Positions 43,701 through 52,245 of a DNA stretch of 64,000 nt are shown here, one piece after another. The first letter of the stretch is position 1. Each line of letters begins with the position of its first letter. Where the stretch lies: the IMG/VR virus record IMGVR_UViG_3300002030_000028. The stretch is one strand, 5' to 3'. The notes under the pieces were generated by a model. It had not been told where the DNA came from, did no database searches, and saw nothing but the letters and a program-made list of their open reading frames with translations. The position numbers and the translations under genes were made by a program. Source of the DNA: a virus.

Positions 43701-46441
43701 CTGAGCTCATCGGTCAGACAACCGAGATGGAACAAATCATCACGGAGTCGGGGTTCTATTTTGTCAGAACCGCATACATGGACACGCGATCGGCTGTTGT
43801 TTCAACTGAGGTCACGACCTTACTTTTAGCCGCCCCTTTATGGGACAGAACCGTTGGGCGTCCAACGACGCTTGCTGAGCTTGACGCCGCAGCTCAATCA
43901 TCACTCGATGGCGTTGAAATGTCTGTAGCCGCTGCGAACGTAGCCGTAGCTCAAGCTCAATCTGACGCAACGCAAGCAATCGCGGATGCACAAGCTGCAT
44001 TCGATGCGTCTAACGCAAACGCCTCAGATATTTTGAACGTTGAAAGTCAAATAGCTAACGAAACATCTGCCAGAACGTCTCAGTTTAATGGTCTGATAGC
44101 CAGCACAACCCGTTTGGGGATAATCGATAATGGAAATTTCCAGCAAGGTGATGTTGGCACAGGAACACCGGTTTCTTGGCCGTTAAGTCCTCAGAACGCT
44201 GCCGGTATATCAACCATAATTTCCGAAGATCCATTTTCAGAATTACAGGTCATCAGGGTAAACGCGCCTGCTGGTGTGAATACATCTTTCAGGCAGGCGA
44301 CAAATGTAACGCCAGAAGCTTTCTATGATCTTGAGTATACGCTTGAGCAAATTTCCGGTGACGGAACTGGCTCAGGGGTGCTGCTAATATGGAGGGACGC
44401 AGCTGCCGCTCAGGTTCAGCCCATTCATAGATCAAGAGTAAGGCTCATACCTGATACTGAGGGTGACGTTAGTGTTACGAAAACAGGTGTTAGAACTTTT
44501 TATGAGCGTGTGCAGGTTCCGCCTCTAGCTGTCCGATGTGATGTACTTGTCGGATCGAGCGCGAGCCTTGGAACCGTGAATGCGAATGTTACAGATTATC
44601 ACCGTGTCGAGTTCAAGCCTTCCGGTGGAGCTGAAGCCATAGCAACATCAAATGTTGTGGCGATAGCTAATGAGGAAACAGCTCGCATCAATGCGGATAA
44701 TGTAATTTCAGCCAATGTGGCGAGTAACAACGGATTTATCGTCCAGAACCAACAGGCGATTGCAACTGAGGTTTCCGTAAGAACGTCTGAAACCTCTTCG
44801 CTCCAATCTCAAGCAAACAACAATAACGCGCTCATAGTCTCAAACCAAACAGCTATCGCAAACGAAACTTCAGCTCGGTCGACAGCTATAGGGGTTGTTG
44901 AGGCAAGTCTTGCTGATGAAACAAACAGAAACTTGCGAAATAGTTTCCCAATTGGTTGGGCTGATAACACTCAATGGACAACAAGTAGTTCTGGCGCACC
45001 TTCTGTGGTGGCTGACAATCCAATTGGAGATTTTGTTAGCGTCAGTCCTCATGGATTTGGGCCTCACTTTGGGAGGACTGGGCAAAGAACAGTCTATGCA
45101 AAAGCTCAAGTTCCTTTCATCCCGGATCAGGGTGTTACAATGAGGGTAACTGGTTATGTTGATACCGTTGGGGATGGTGAAGTGCCGGGCACAAACACTA
45201 TCAATCTTGTAGGTATCGCGCATGATGAGAACTCAGCGAATATTGGTGGAAGATTATTTTTCGTAGACCAAGATAATAGAGCTAGGGTAAGGCCTTCCAC
45301 TACAGGTGAGTTTGTACTTACGGCAGAGCTTACACCGGACGATGTTAATGCGATTATTAACTCTCGAACTGGAATGGTCTATATGCGGCCCGGAGTTGAG
45401 GTAAATCGCGGAAGCTCAAACGGTCGTGCTGAACTTTGGACTTTTGACATATCTTTCGGTCAAGAAACATCTCGTGTCAGTCAGGTTAGCGAAGCAGTCT
45501 TTGAGCCAAACGGAAGCTTTTCACGTTGGGGTATCAACACCTCAGTGCCGGGCGCTGATGCGTTCATTCAGGCTCAGGCGTTTAACGCTGACGGAACCAG
45601 TCAAGGCACTGTGGCTATCGGCGCGGACGTATTCACAATATTCAATCCCGTTGGAGGTGAATTTGTCCCTGTGGTCAGTGTATCTGGTGGCGATGTGATC
45701 GTCGCAGGCTCTCTGACTGCTGGCGCGGGCATATTTGTTGGCGCCGGCACCACACGCTGGCCGGTAGCTCTTGAGCCCCGAGATTTCGCTTTGCTTGATG
45801 GTGAGAGCGTGAGTTACGGGTTTGATTTTGGCATCCCGGCGCAAATAGGTTTTGATACAAGAAACCTTCCCGGCCTTGATCCAACTGATGTCTATGACAT
45901 TCAAGCGATCAATAGCAGCGGAACCGGATTTACGCTTAGTGCCAAGAAAAGAGCCGCCGGAACAATCACGACAAGAACCGGAACTGTTGACGGCAGTGGT
46001 GCGTCAGAAGGATTTGACCGCCTGATGACTTCATTCTTTAACGATGAAGCATTTGACGGAAACTATCAGTTTGATTTTGATGTTAATGTTCAATTTCAAG
46101 AGGATTTTCTAGGTGGGGGAACGACTTCGTTTGGCTTTGCGAACGTAGATGTATTTGTTCACAATGGCAGCGGATGGGTTTTGATAGGCCAGCTTGGCGC
46201 TGGTGGCTCAGGAAGCTCACCCGGAATACAAAATGTCAGGACAACAGGCACAATAAATTATACAGGTTTGGTAAGAAACTCAGGAGCCGCGTTTGCGGCT
46301 GAGGTTAGAAACCCAGCTACAGGCGAGGCCGTTACGGACATAAACAGTGTGTCATATGAAACACAATCATCGGCCTCAGAAACAAGTGCAACGGTAGGAG
46401 GTCAGCGTGTCATCTGCACAGTCCAGCCACGGAACGCCTAA
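40754..46441 (+). CDS. fused tail assembly protein I-like and host specificity protein J-like central tail fiber (1895 aa)
   Basis: Roughly the first 170 aa (boundaries approximate) parallel lambda gpI (VKLHGLLAKKFG..., TM segment, APLIYGEVITGTIVVS). After a Gly-rich linker the sequence parallels gpJ (EDPNTLQSNAIVRTLEVVGAGHNEGLVNGLQSLFLDDTPV..., YTGVWDGTFKTAYTDDPAWCLYDL). The C-terminus has fiber-like ANETSAR repeats. Confidence 0.85.
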   Translation: MKTVKLHGLLAKKFGKEHRFDVESPTEAVAALRSNFPGFMGIIRDGNWCFYKTRDDETGDVIDERTLGFPFKSSETLHIMPASEASGIVAGIVITGVLVAAAVTAAFTLLAPSPQAPDPDEREQDTTSGIADGSTNRVSQGHVAPLIYGEVITGTIVVSAGFEVSDITDSYFGSGDGGTGTTFGGGGSRFWTNGFGFTPLQKGGKGGGGQARAAQEDPNTLQSNAIVRTLEVVGAGHNEGLVNGLQSLFLDDTPVANPDGSLNFNGVAIDVRTGDENQTYIEGFPGQEATIQINTEVSQASGAITHTVTDPEIDTLRVTLRLPQLYRQNTENGDLNFHQVSCDIEIQSDGGGFTSIFPAGSPRAFFDGKNTSPYQRDYSLRLPPGGDPWDVRVRRISPDEDLASIQSDTFFDFVTEVTETKLNWPGIAHIGVTANLKQLGSNVRRRSVHWRGLHVQVPTNFDPVARTYTGVWDGTFKTAYTDDPAWCLYDLANNTFYGGGQLTQGMIDKWSFFEASVYCNEMVPDGLGGMEPRYRISAIIRTRQQAIRIFNQMASVFRGAAFWGTNGLTVTQDRPELDADKPLLVPANIGREGLNYDDPDSGDQFSAVIVWWNDIDEGYELRPVPVRDNALIQRLGFDPCEITAWGAPSLGQARRMGLWKLEEQARQSNGVTIPVGPDQSFTQPGQVVKVHDDRLTQNSMGGRLRGATATVLTLDRVFTEQAGQTYTINAILPNGEAEIRNVVSFQTVQVDGVDSHSQVTVDQAFTAVPVVDGVWAIESNVVRLQQFRVVGIEDLDDGLGYRVRGESHDPTSYPRVELNADIAPEPFTDLPSGSLPTIMPGSISVLEYQAIDGDSSVPSVRISWTPARDPRITGYDCEIREADSMGYTRVVGNDETARDFEAIGQGDFSIRVRAYDGLGRASAWVEQDFTLDGGTATLPAVTGLAIRSDNEAMQTWLTWISPQDVRPLRFDVFKGSTAVFANAELIGQTTEMEQIITESGFYFVRTAYMDTRSAVVSTEVTTLLLAAPLWDRTVGRPTTLAELDAAAQSSLDGVEMSVAAANVAVAQAQSDATQAIADAQAAFDASNANASDILNVESQIANETSARTSQFNGLIASTTRLGIIDNGNFQQGDVGTGTPVSWPLSPQNAAGISTIISEDPFSELQVIRVNAPAGVNTSFRQATNVTPEAFYDLEYTLEQISGDGTGSGVLLIWRDAAAAQVQPIHRSRVRLIPDTEGDVSVTKTGVRTFYERVQVPPLAVRCDVLVGSSASLGTVNANVTDYHRVEFKPSGGAEAIATSNVVAIANEETARINADNVISANVASNNGFIVQNQQAIATEVSVRTSETSSLQSQANNNNALIVSNQTAIANETSARSTAIGVVEASLADETNRNLRNSFPIGWADNTQWTTSSSGAPSVVADNPIGDFVSVSPHGFGPHFGRTGQRTVYAKAQVPFIPDQGVTMRVTGYVDTVGDGEVPGTNTINLVGIAHDENSANIGGRLFFVDQDNRARVRPSTTGEFVLTAELTPDDVNAIINSRTGMVYMRPGVEVNRGSSNGRAELWTFDISFGQETSRVSQVSEAVFEPNGSFSRWGINTSVPGADAFIQAQAFNADGTSQGTVAIGADVFTIFNPVGGEFVPVVSVSGGDVIVAGSLTAGAGIFVGAGTTRWPVALEPRDFALLDGESVSYGFDFGIPAQIGFDTRNLPGLDPTDVYDIQAINSSGTGFTLSAKKRAAGTITTRTGTVDGSGASEGFDRLMTSFFNDEAFDGNYQFDFDVNVQFQEDFLGGGTTSFGFANVDVFVHNGSGWVLIGQLGAGGSGSSPGIQNVRTTGTINYTGLVRNSGAAFAAEVRNPATGEAVTDINSVSYETQSSASETSATVGGQRVICTVQPRNA

Positions 46442-46757
46442 AGGATGGGTCAAGTGTCCAACTTGTGAGACCTTTCGCCCTCATCAGACTATCAGAAGCA
46501 ACCTAACTTGCGATGAGTGTGAAACTCTCGAGGTTCGGCTTTCCACTGTCCCGCACAAGATAAGATGGGATGATGTTCGTGCTCAGCGTGACGCCTTGGT
46601 CCGCCAGTGCGATTGGGTGGATATGCCGAATGCTATAGCTCGTTTAGGCGCCGAGAAGCATGCGGAGTGGATTGAATACCGGGAAATCCTTTTTGATATT
46701 ACGAAAATATTTGGTAATCCTTGGGAGGTCGTTTTTCCAGAGCGGCCAAAAACATAA
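46407..46757 (+). CDS. tail fiber assembly/chaperone-like protein
   Basis: GTG start 5 nt after AGGAGG, overlapping the end of J. RAQRDALVRQCDWVDMPNA...EWIEYREILFDITKIFGNPWEVVFPERP matches the tail-fiber-assembly C-terminal pattern. Confidence 0.55.
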   Translation: MSSAQSSHGTPKGWVKCPTCETFRPHQTIRSNLTCDECETLEVRLSTVPHKIRWDDVRAQRDALVRQCDWVDMPNAIARLGAEKHAEWIEYREILFDITKIFGNPWEVVFPERPKT

Positions 46758-46767
46758 GGATAAGACT

Positions 46768-47070
46768 ATGACCAAAGCGAAAATGCAGAAACTGGCCAAA
46801 ATTCAACGCCAGCAAACAATAGACCTCGCTACATTATTTGAGCCTATGATTGAAGACCTTGAGACTGCTGTTGAACATCTGAAGCTCTTTACCGAACATG
46901 GTCCAAATATGCCGGGATCAAACGAAGCTCGTGCTGCCGTATCTCAGCTTGAGCAAGGGTTTTTAGGAACCGCGAAGGCATACATTAACGCTGCTGAAAC
47001 TTACAGAGAAGAAGATGCGGCGGCAAAAAAAACCGCTAAAGCCACACCTAGAAAGAGTAAAACGTCATGA
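46768..47070 (+). CDS. hypothetical protein (100 aa)
   Basis: Track ORF 46660-47070 trimmed to the ATG at 46768 (MTKAKMQKLAK). Confidence 0.45.
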   Translation: MTKAKMQKLAKIQRQQTIDLATLFEPMIEDLETAVEHLKLFTEHGPNMPGSNEARAAVSQLEQGFLGTAKAYINAAETYREEDAAAKKTAKATPRKSKTS

Positions 47071-47858
47071 ATAAAATTAGGGTAAATGCAGGGCAAATAG
47101 GTGTTGAGGTTATCGAGGATATATATCGTCGAGCTCAGGCTGACCCAACAAACGCCGGTATGACATTCAATGAATCCATGCTCGCGATGTCGATGACACA
47201 GATAGCGCCGAGCAGCGTACAGCGTCTAAGCAGTATCGCGGCATATGGATTTACTTCCCTTGGTCCAGACACCATAGCTAGACTTCAGAATGATTATTTC
47301 GTCACCGCTGAGGTATCCAATATCTTATCTTCACCACCAGCAGAATGGCCGGCGCCCATCGAGGCTGAAGACACGACTGATGAAGTGACACCTGAAGACC
47401 TCTCCTTGTATAAGGCCCAGCAAAGGCGGCGAGTCACCAATTCGGCTAATGATCAATTGTCTCGCATCGCGACACAAAATTTCCGTAAGATCATGACCTA
47501 TATCGAAAAGCGGCGTGAGGCGGCTAAGTATAGGTCAGAAGTTACAGCCGGTGGGACGCCAGATCCGCTAGGAAGCAATTACATTCATCTGATGGTGGAT
47601 GTTGCTGCTGGTGAGGTTCCGGATCTTGAAGCGTCTGTGACGCGGGTTGAGGAAACGGCGGAACAATGGCGCGGTATCAATGCCAGCATTGAAGGAATTG
47701 AACGCACGGCCAATCAATTGATTGAAAACTCTTCTGATCTGGGCGGGGTGTTGGTGGCCGCAAATAATGCCGTGACCGAGATGCGTATCACTATGGATAC
47801 GGTATTGCAGCAACAGCAACAGGCCGAAGAGGGCTCTGGTTCTGAAACGCCTGAGTAA
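47067..47858 (+). CDS. hypothetical protein (263 aa)
   Basis: ORF track entry. ATGA overlap. Confidence 0.5.
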   Translation: MNKIRVNAGQIGVEVIEDIYRRAQADPTNAGMTFNESMLAMSMTQIAPSSVQRLSSIAAYGFTSLGPDTIARLQNDYFVTAEVSNILSSPPAEWPAPIEAEDTTDEVTPEDLSLYKAQQRRRVTNSANDQLSRIATQNFRKIMTYIEKRREAAKYRSEVTAGGTPDPLGSNYIHLMVDVAAGEVPDLEASVTRVEETAEQWRGINASIEGIERTANQLIENSSDLGGVLVAANNAVTEMRITMDTVLQQQQQAEEGSGSETPE

Positions 47859-47882
47859 GCGGCTCACGATCAAATTATGAAT

Positions 47883-47914
47883 AAGGGCGATCAATCAATG
47901 GTCGCCCTTTTTGT
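47883..47914 (+). terminator. Rho-independent terminator after the tail module
   Basis: AAGGGCGA (47883-47890) pairs with TCGCCCTT (47902-47909), then TTTGT. Confidence 0.65.
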
Positions 47915-47993
47915 ATGTATCCATATTCTTGTCAGGATTTACAGACAGGTTCGCCTATGACACAGATGATTTTAGCAACTAAAAGGTGCGGTC

Positions 47994-48305
47994 ATGGGAA
48001 ACGATATCAATAGAAAAATTCATGAAGCTGTCGAGCGCGTGATTCCGGCGTATTACCAGCCTGATGGTACGGCTTTCAAAACCGGTGAAATTCTTCCACC
48101 CGAGGACGTTGAGCATTTTCGCGGATTTCTACAAGCCGGTATTTCTCAATACGTTGGCCAGCGCGTTGTCATTGATTTCAACGATGCCGAGGAGTCCATA
48201 ACCATAACGCCGGTATCGGAATCCGGGGAACGCCTCGATGACCTTTCGGCTATGTGTAAATACGAGCTCGGAACTGGAATTGATATTGACGGGGACGGAA
48301 AATGA
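47994..48305 (+). CDS. hypothetical protein (103 aa)
   Basis: ORF track entry. AAAGGTG SD. Confidence 0.5.
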   Translation: MGNDINRKIHEAVERVIPAYYQPDGTAFKTGEILPPEDVEHFRGFLQAGISQYVGQRVVIDFNDAEESITITPVSESGERLDDLSAMCKYELGTGIDIDGDGK

Positions 48306-48814
48306 CACCTCTCGCGACACATAACGCTGTCGCCATCCACCGAGGCGTTCACGGTCAATCGTGGGACGTTCTCGAGGGAGAGGTTTGGGGGCCGGCGCCG
48401 CACACAGATTTCTATTCTATCGTTTCCAAAAAGCGATGGCGTCAGGTTTCCCCATACTTCAGTCCGAGCGAATTAGCCTCAAAGGGTGACGGGTATCTGC
48501 TTGTGCATTTACCGATGCTCATGGCGTTTAACCAGGTTCGGAAAGAGGGGAAGATTACCGCCCACACTCCGAACAGTTTTTATCGGTCGCCTCCACATAA
48601 CAAAAACGAAGGTGGCTCCAAGCGCTCGCGCCACATGTTCTCCGCTGTTGATGTGCCGAGATCAGCTATCCCGAACGTATCAGCGATGCTCAAGCGAGCC
48701 GCTGAGCTCGGGTTTAACGGTTTCGGAAGGTACAATTCATTCATTCATATGGATTGGCGAGCGAGGCCGGCTATTTTCCCATCCTCTGCCAGAGCCTCAT
48801 GGCCTAACTGGTAG
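48302..48814 (+). CDS. endolysin, peptidase M15 (DD/LD-peptidase, DUF882-like) family
   Basis: YRSPPHNKNEGGSKRSRHMFSAVDV ... GFGRYNSFIHMDWR carries the H-x-D ... H zinc-peptidase pattern of M15 lysins. Confidence 0.75.
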   Translation: MTPLATHNAVAIHRGVHGQSWDVLEGEVWGPAPHTDFYSIVSKKRWRQVSPYFSPSELASKGDGYLLVHLPMLMAFNQVRKEGKITAHTPNSFYRSPPHNKNEGGSKRSRHMFSAVDVPRSAIPNVSAMLKRAAELGFNGFGRYNSFIHMDWRARPAIFPSSARASWPNW

Positions 48815-48872
48815 GGTTTCAGCAGAGCCGGTCGGCTGTGAGTGATCGGCAATTAGGAAGAAGGAATTCGAT

Positions 48873-49163
48873 ATGAAAGACCGTATTCTTAGCTCCTTGG
48901 AGCCTCTTGCGTTTTTGGCACTGAACTCAGTTGCCGGTATGCTGGACGATGAGGCCGTGGAGATTGGCGCAAAGCTTGGTGACAAGCTTAATGATTTGAT
49001 TGAGTCCACCGAGACTGAGTTTGATGATTATGCCAAAGCACGTCTTGTGGTTGGTCTCGAAGCCGCTATTGCTCAATTGAAAGTCGAGGGTGTCGATGAC
49101 GATTTCCCGGCTGAGGCTGAGGAAGCGCCGGCTGAGGCACCACCAGAAGGTGGAGTCGCATAG
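48873..49163 (+). CDS. hypothetical acidic protein (96 aa)
   Basis: ORF track entry, within the lysis cassette. Confidence 0.45.
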   Translation: MKDRILSSLEPLAFLALNSVAGMLDDEAVEIGAKLGDKLNDLIESTETEFDDYAKARLVVGLEAAIAQLKVEGVDDDFPAEAEEAPAEAPPEGGVA

Positions 49164-49397
49164 GTGTCAACCGAGCTAATCGGAGCCCTTGCGGGTATTG
49201 GTGGGGTCATAGGTTTACTCCTATGGTCCCACTTTCGCACGCGTAAACAGACCCGGCTTGAAGAGCGGGTAAAAGCGCAAGACGAAACTATTGAAAATCA
49301 GGAGGCAAGAATTGAAGCTGTATCGGAAAATGCTAATCGGAGCGATGATGCTCTGTCTGACCGGTTGTCTAACCTCGAGAGAAACACGGACGATTGA
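49164..49397 (+). CDS. i-spanin-like protein
   Basis: GTG start. N-terminal TM segment (LIGALAGIGGVIGLLLW) followed by a charged coiled-coil. Confidence 0.55.
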   Translation: MSTELIGALAGIGGVIGLLLWSHFRTRKQTRLEERVKAQDETIENQEARIEAVSENANRSDDALSDRLSNLERNTDD

Positions 49398-49554
49398 TTG
49401 CCCTATCAAGCCCACTTGGGTAAAGGGCGAAACCGTAAACTGGTCGACGGTGCATAAGCGTCAGGTCAGCACAATTATTGATGAAGGAATAAAACGAAAG
49501 AATTGTGATTGGACCGACGACACGGTTTTTCATGTAGATGAAGATACTGAATAA
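49291..49554 (+). CDS. o-spanin-like lipoprotein, overlapping the i-spanin in another frame
   Basis: Lipobox MLCLTG|C. Alternative start at 49330 (MLIGAMM). Begins inside the i-spanin gene and extends past it. Confidence 0.5.
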   Translation: MKIRRQELKLYRKMLIGAMMLCLTGCLTSRETRTIDCPIKPTWVKGETVNWSTVHKRQVSTIIDEGIKRKNCDWTDDTVFHVDEDTE

Positions 49555-49613
49555 GTCGCACACGTTTTTTTGATCCCGGAAGCACGCAAAAACATTCTAC
49601 AAGAAAGCCTATT

Positions 49614-49964
49614 ATGAGCAAAGAAACCAGATCAACACCACTTGAAAGTATCCTAGTTCGTTTGACGGCGCTTGGGACGGCGCTTAGCGCTGCTTTGTAC
49701 TTTTTGTTCGACAATTGGGGGATGTTGGAGCCTATTCTTATGTCACCGACTGGCGGCATAATGGCTATCATATCCTCATTTCTGGGCGGAGCGACGGGAT
49801 ACCACATATGCGTATACGCCCCGCTTGTGACCCGCTTTCAAAAACTCGAGGTCAAATTCGATATCGAGCGTGCCGCGAGGCTTGAAGAAACTGCTGAACT
49901 TGGCATGCTGAGAGGCCGAATAAAGGCTCTTGAGGAAATGAATGTTTTAGGTCAAAGAGAGTAA
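49614..49964 (+). CDS. holin-like membrane protein (putative)
   Basis: 116 aa with two hydrophobic segments (LTALGTALSAALYFLF; GGIMAIISSFLGGATGY) and a charged C-terminus. Lysis-cassette context only. Confidence 0.4.
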   Translation: MSKETRSTPLESILVRLTALGTALSAALYFLFDNWGMLEPILMSPTGGIMAIISSFLGGATGYHICVYAPLVTRFQKLEVKFDIERAARLEETAELGMLRGRIKALEEMNVLGQRE

Positions 49965-49966
49965 TC

Positions 49967-50368
49967 ATGGATGGTAGCATCAACGATTTCGCAAGGAATC
50001 AAGCTGTTGGTATGGCTTGCCTTGAATACAGCGACAAACCGATATTGATGATCAGTGCCGACAATATAATTGTTCGGATATCTCATGCGTTCTGTGACCT
50101 AATCGGAAAGACCCAAGAGGAAATGCTCGGGCAGCACTTGGGTAAATTCATACCAGACAGCCACAGCGATCACCCTCATAATGAGCCAATCGACTGGATT
50201 GCCGAGAAGTATCATACCGATCAAGTGCCGAGTATCACGCGCGTTCCTTTTATGTGTCCCAGCGTGAAGCAGAAAGTATGGTTAAACCTTCGTGTTCTGA
50301 TCTTGAAATGGCCCGGTGATGTCAGACCGGACTTCATAGCTTTCGCCCAAGTCGCGAAAGATAACTAG
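49967..50368 (+). CDS. stand-alone PAS-like domain protein
   Basis: ILMISADNIIVRISHAFCDLIGKTQEEMLGQHLGKFIP resembles the PAS core pattern. 133 aa with no output domain. Confidence 0.45.
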   Translation: MDGSINDFARNQAVGMACLEYSDKPILMISADNIIVRISHAFCDLIGKTQEEMLGQHLGKFIPDSHSDHPHNEPIDWIAEKYHTDQVPSITRVPFMCPSVKQKVWLNLRVLILKWPGDVRPDFIAFAQVAKDN

Positions 50369-51459
50369 TACACAATCGTTATCTGGTCAGACGCCCGTGT
50401 GATGCCGGTATAAAGATGCCTTTCCCACTCTTTAAAATTAGAGCTCTGGTCAAACAAAACGACATTTCCCCACTGCGAGCCCTGAGATTTATGGACCGTC
50501 AGAGCATACCCGTAAGTAAACTGTTGAAGTCCCATAAGGTCTTGCCAAGGTATGTCCTTCTCGCCGCCGAGAAAAAACTCTTTGCGAACTTCAGCCTCGA
50601 CGAAATCCGCCTCCGGAAAGTCTTCTGAGCGAACCACAAGCCCTATGGTTTCGGGATCACCCGTTGAAGCGATACTATCAACTGTGTAAATCCCGCCATT
50701 GAATATTCCGAGTGCGTGGTCATTCTTCAAACATACCAGACGGTCGCCCGGAACCGGCAAGCCTTTAGGTTTTTCAAGCAGCTCACGTATCCGGTTGTTA
50801 TAAAGCTCACGCGTTTTGTTCCTCCCGACGAGGATCTGATCAGCGGACATAATGGTTTGAGAGGTTATGGAAGCCGAGTCGATGACTGCTGACTGGCCAT
50901 ACGTGTTTATCGGGGGCCGCTGCCCATTTCGAACCATAGTAGCTAGATGAATGATTGGGTTCCCTTCAGCTTGACGGTGAATTTCTGTCAACATCATATT
51001 CGGCTCTCGCTCTGTGAAGAATCCACCTGATTTGATTGGTGGAAGCTGAGCAGGGTCACCAAGTACAAGAACAGGGCGCCCATAACGAAGAAGATCCGCG
51101 CCAATCTTTTCGCCCACCATCGAACACTCATCAATGACGATAATGCCGGCATCCGCGCAGGCACCGTTTTCATTGAAACGAAACACATACTTTCCGGTTC
51201 TCTCATTGCGCTTTGCTTCATAAATTGTGCTGTGGATAGTGTTCGCGTTATAGCAACCCGATTTCCTCATGACGACAGCAGCCTTACCGGTATAGGCCGC
51301 ATACACGGTCTTGCCCTTAGCCTGTTTGGCCAAGATTTGCGCGATCGTGGTTTTACCGGTGCCAGCGTAACCCGCTAGATAGAAGACCTGCTCTTGCCCG
51401 GCCTTAAGCCATGCTGATATTTTTTCTGAAGCTTCTTTTTGCTGAGGTGATAATTCCAT
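50365..51459 (-). CDS. SF1B RecD/Dda-like DNA helicase
   Basis: Walker A GYAGTGKT, Walker B IIVIDECSMV, VLGDPAQLPPI, and C-terminal ALTVHKSQGSQW. Confidence 0.85.
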   Translation of the reverse strand: MELSPQQKEASEKISAWLKAGQEQVFYLAGYAGTGKTTIAQILAKQAKGKTVYAAYTGKAAVVMRKSGCYNANTIHSTIYEAKRNERTGKYVFRFNENGACADAGIIVIDECSMVGEKIGADLLRYGRPVLVLGDPAQLPPIKSGGFFTEREPNMMLTEIHRQAEGNPIIHLATMVRNGQRPPINTYGQSAVIDSASITSQTIMSADQILVGRNKTRELYNNRIRELLEKPKGLPVPGDRLVCLKNDHALGIFNGGIYTVDSIASTGDPETIGLVVRSEDFPEADFVEAEVRKEFFLGGEKDIPWQDLMGLQQFTYGYALTVHKSQGSQWGNVVLFDQSSNFKEWERHLYTGITRASDQITIVY

Positions 51460-51716
51460 TATTTTTTCTCCCCACCCTTGTGAAATAAAGCTCTATGCTC
51501 CCAATCAAAGAAGCCAGATTTACGCATGACCATAGCGGCCTTTCCGGTATAAGCCATATAGACAGGTCGCCCGCCAAACTGCTTAGCTATATGGCGCGCA
51601 ATGGTTGTTTTGCCCGTGCCCGCGTATCCAGCCAGATAAAAGAATGGGAAGTTCATTGTCTTCTTCCATTCCAGGATCATATCAATCGCTTGTTTTTGCT
51701 GTGGTGAAAAATCCAT
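51459..51716 (-). CDS. truncated paralog of the helicase N-terminus (85 aa, P-loop only)
   Basis: MDFSPQQKQAIDMILEW...FYLAGYAGTGKTTIARHIAKQ...VYMAYTGKAAMVMRKSG aligns with residues 1-68 of the downstream helicase. Its stop shares one base with the helicase ATG. Confidence 0.6.
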   Translation of the reverse strand: MDFSPQQKQAIDMILEWKKTMNFPFFYLAGYAGTGKTTIARHIAKQFGGRPVYMAYTGKAAMVMRKSGFFDWEHRALFHKGGEKK

Positions 51717-51717
51717 T

Positions 51718-52245
51718 TTAACCCCCTAAATCTTTGCTTGTGAATTCAGTCATCCACTTAGCTGGAGAAACACCAGATTTTTTTGCAATGCGTGGGCGCC
51801 AATTAAAAAAACCAAGATTTCCTTTAACGATATCACCATCATCAATGGGGGCGGCATAATCTATAACCAGAGCTTTAGGGCCAAAGAACCAGGGTGACTT
51901 ATGATCTGTTACAAAGTCTGTAGCGTTTGCGACTCCTACAATTCTTCCTCTTATCAACTCATCAGGGCGTGGGCACGTTACGCCAAGTTCAGCCATGAAT
52001 GCAGCGGCTTCTATATATTCATCACGTTTCATGCCTGCTGAAGCATGAACGGCAAAATTGCCTCTAAATTTTGAGGCCGGATTGCGCCATCCCCAATCCC
52101 TATTTTCAACATCCTTATGACCATTCACAACAGCCCATGCCCATGGCTGGCGTATTGAAAGCGCCTTTCCGGGCAGTACGAGTTCTTCTGGTTCTTGTTC
52201 CAATGTCTTTTTCCTTTTCGCATTTGTTTCACGTGAAACGTTCAA
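51718..52245 (-). CDS. ASCH (PUA-fold) domain protein
   Basis: LSIRQPWAWAVVNGHKDVENRDW is the typical ASCH N-terminal block. Confidence 0.65.
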   Translation of the reverse strand: MNVSRETNAKRKKTLEQEPEELVLPGKALSIRQPWAWAVVNGHKDVENRDWGWRNPASKFRGNFAVHASAGMKRDEYIEAAAFMAELGVTCPRPDELIRGRIVGVANATDFVTDHKSPWFFGPKALVIDYAAPIDDGDIVKGNLGFFNWRPRIAKKSGVSPAKWMTEFTSKDLGG

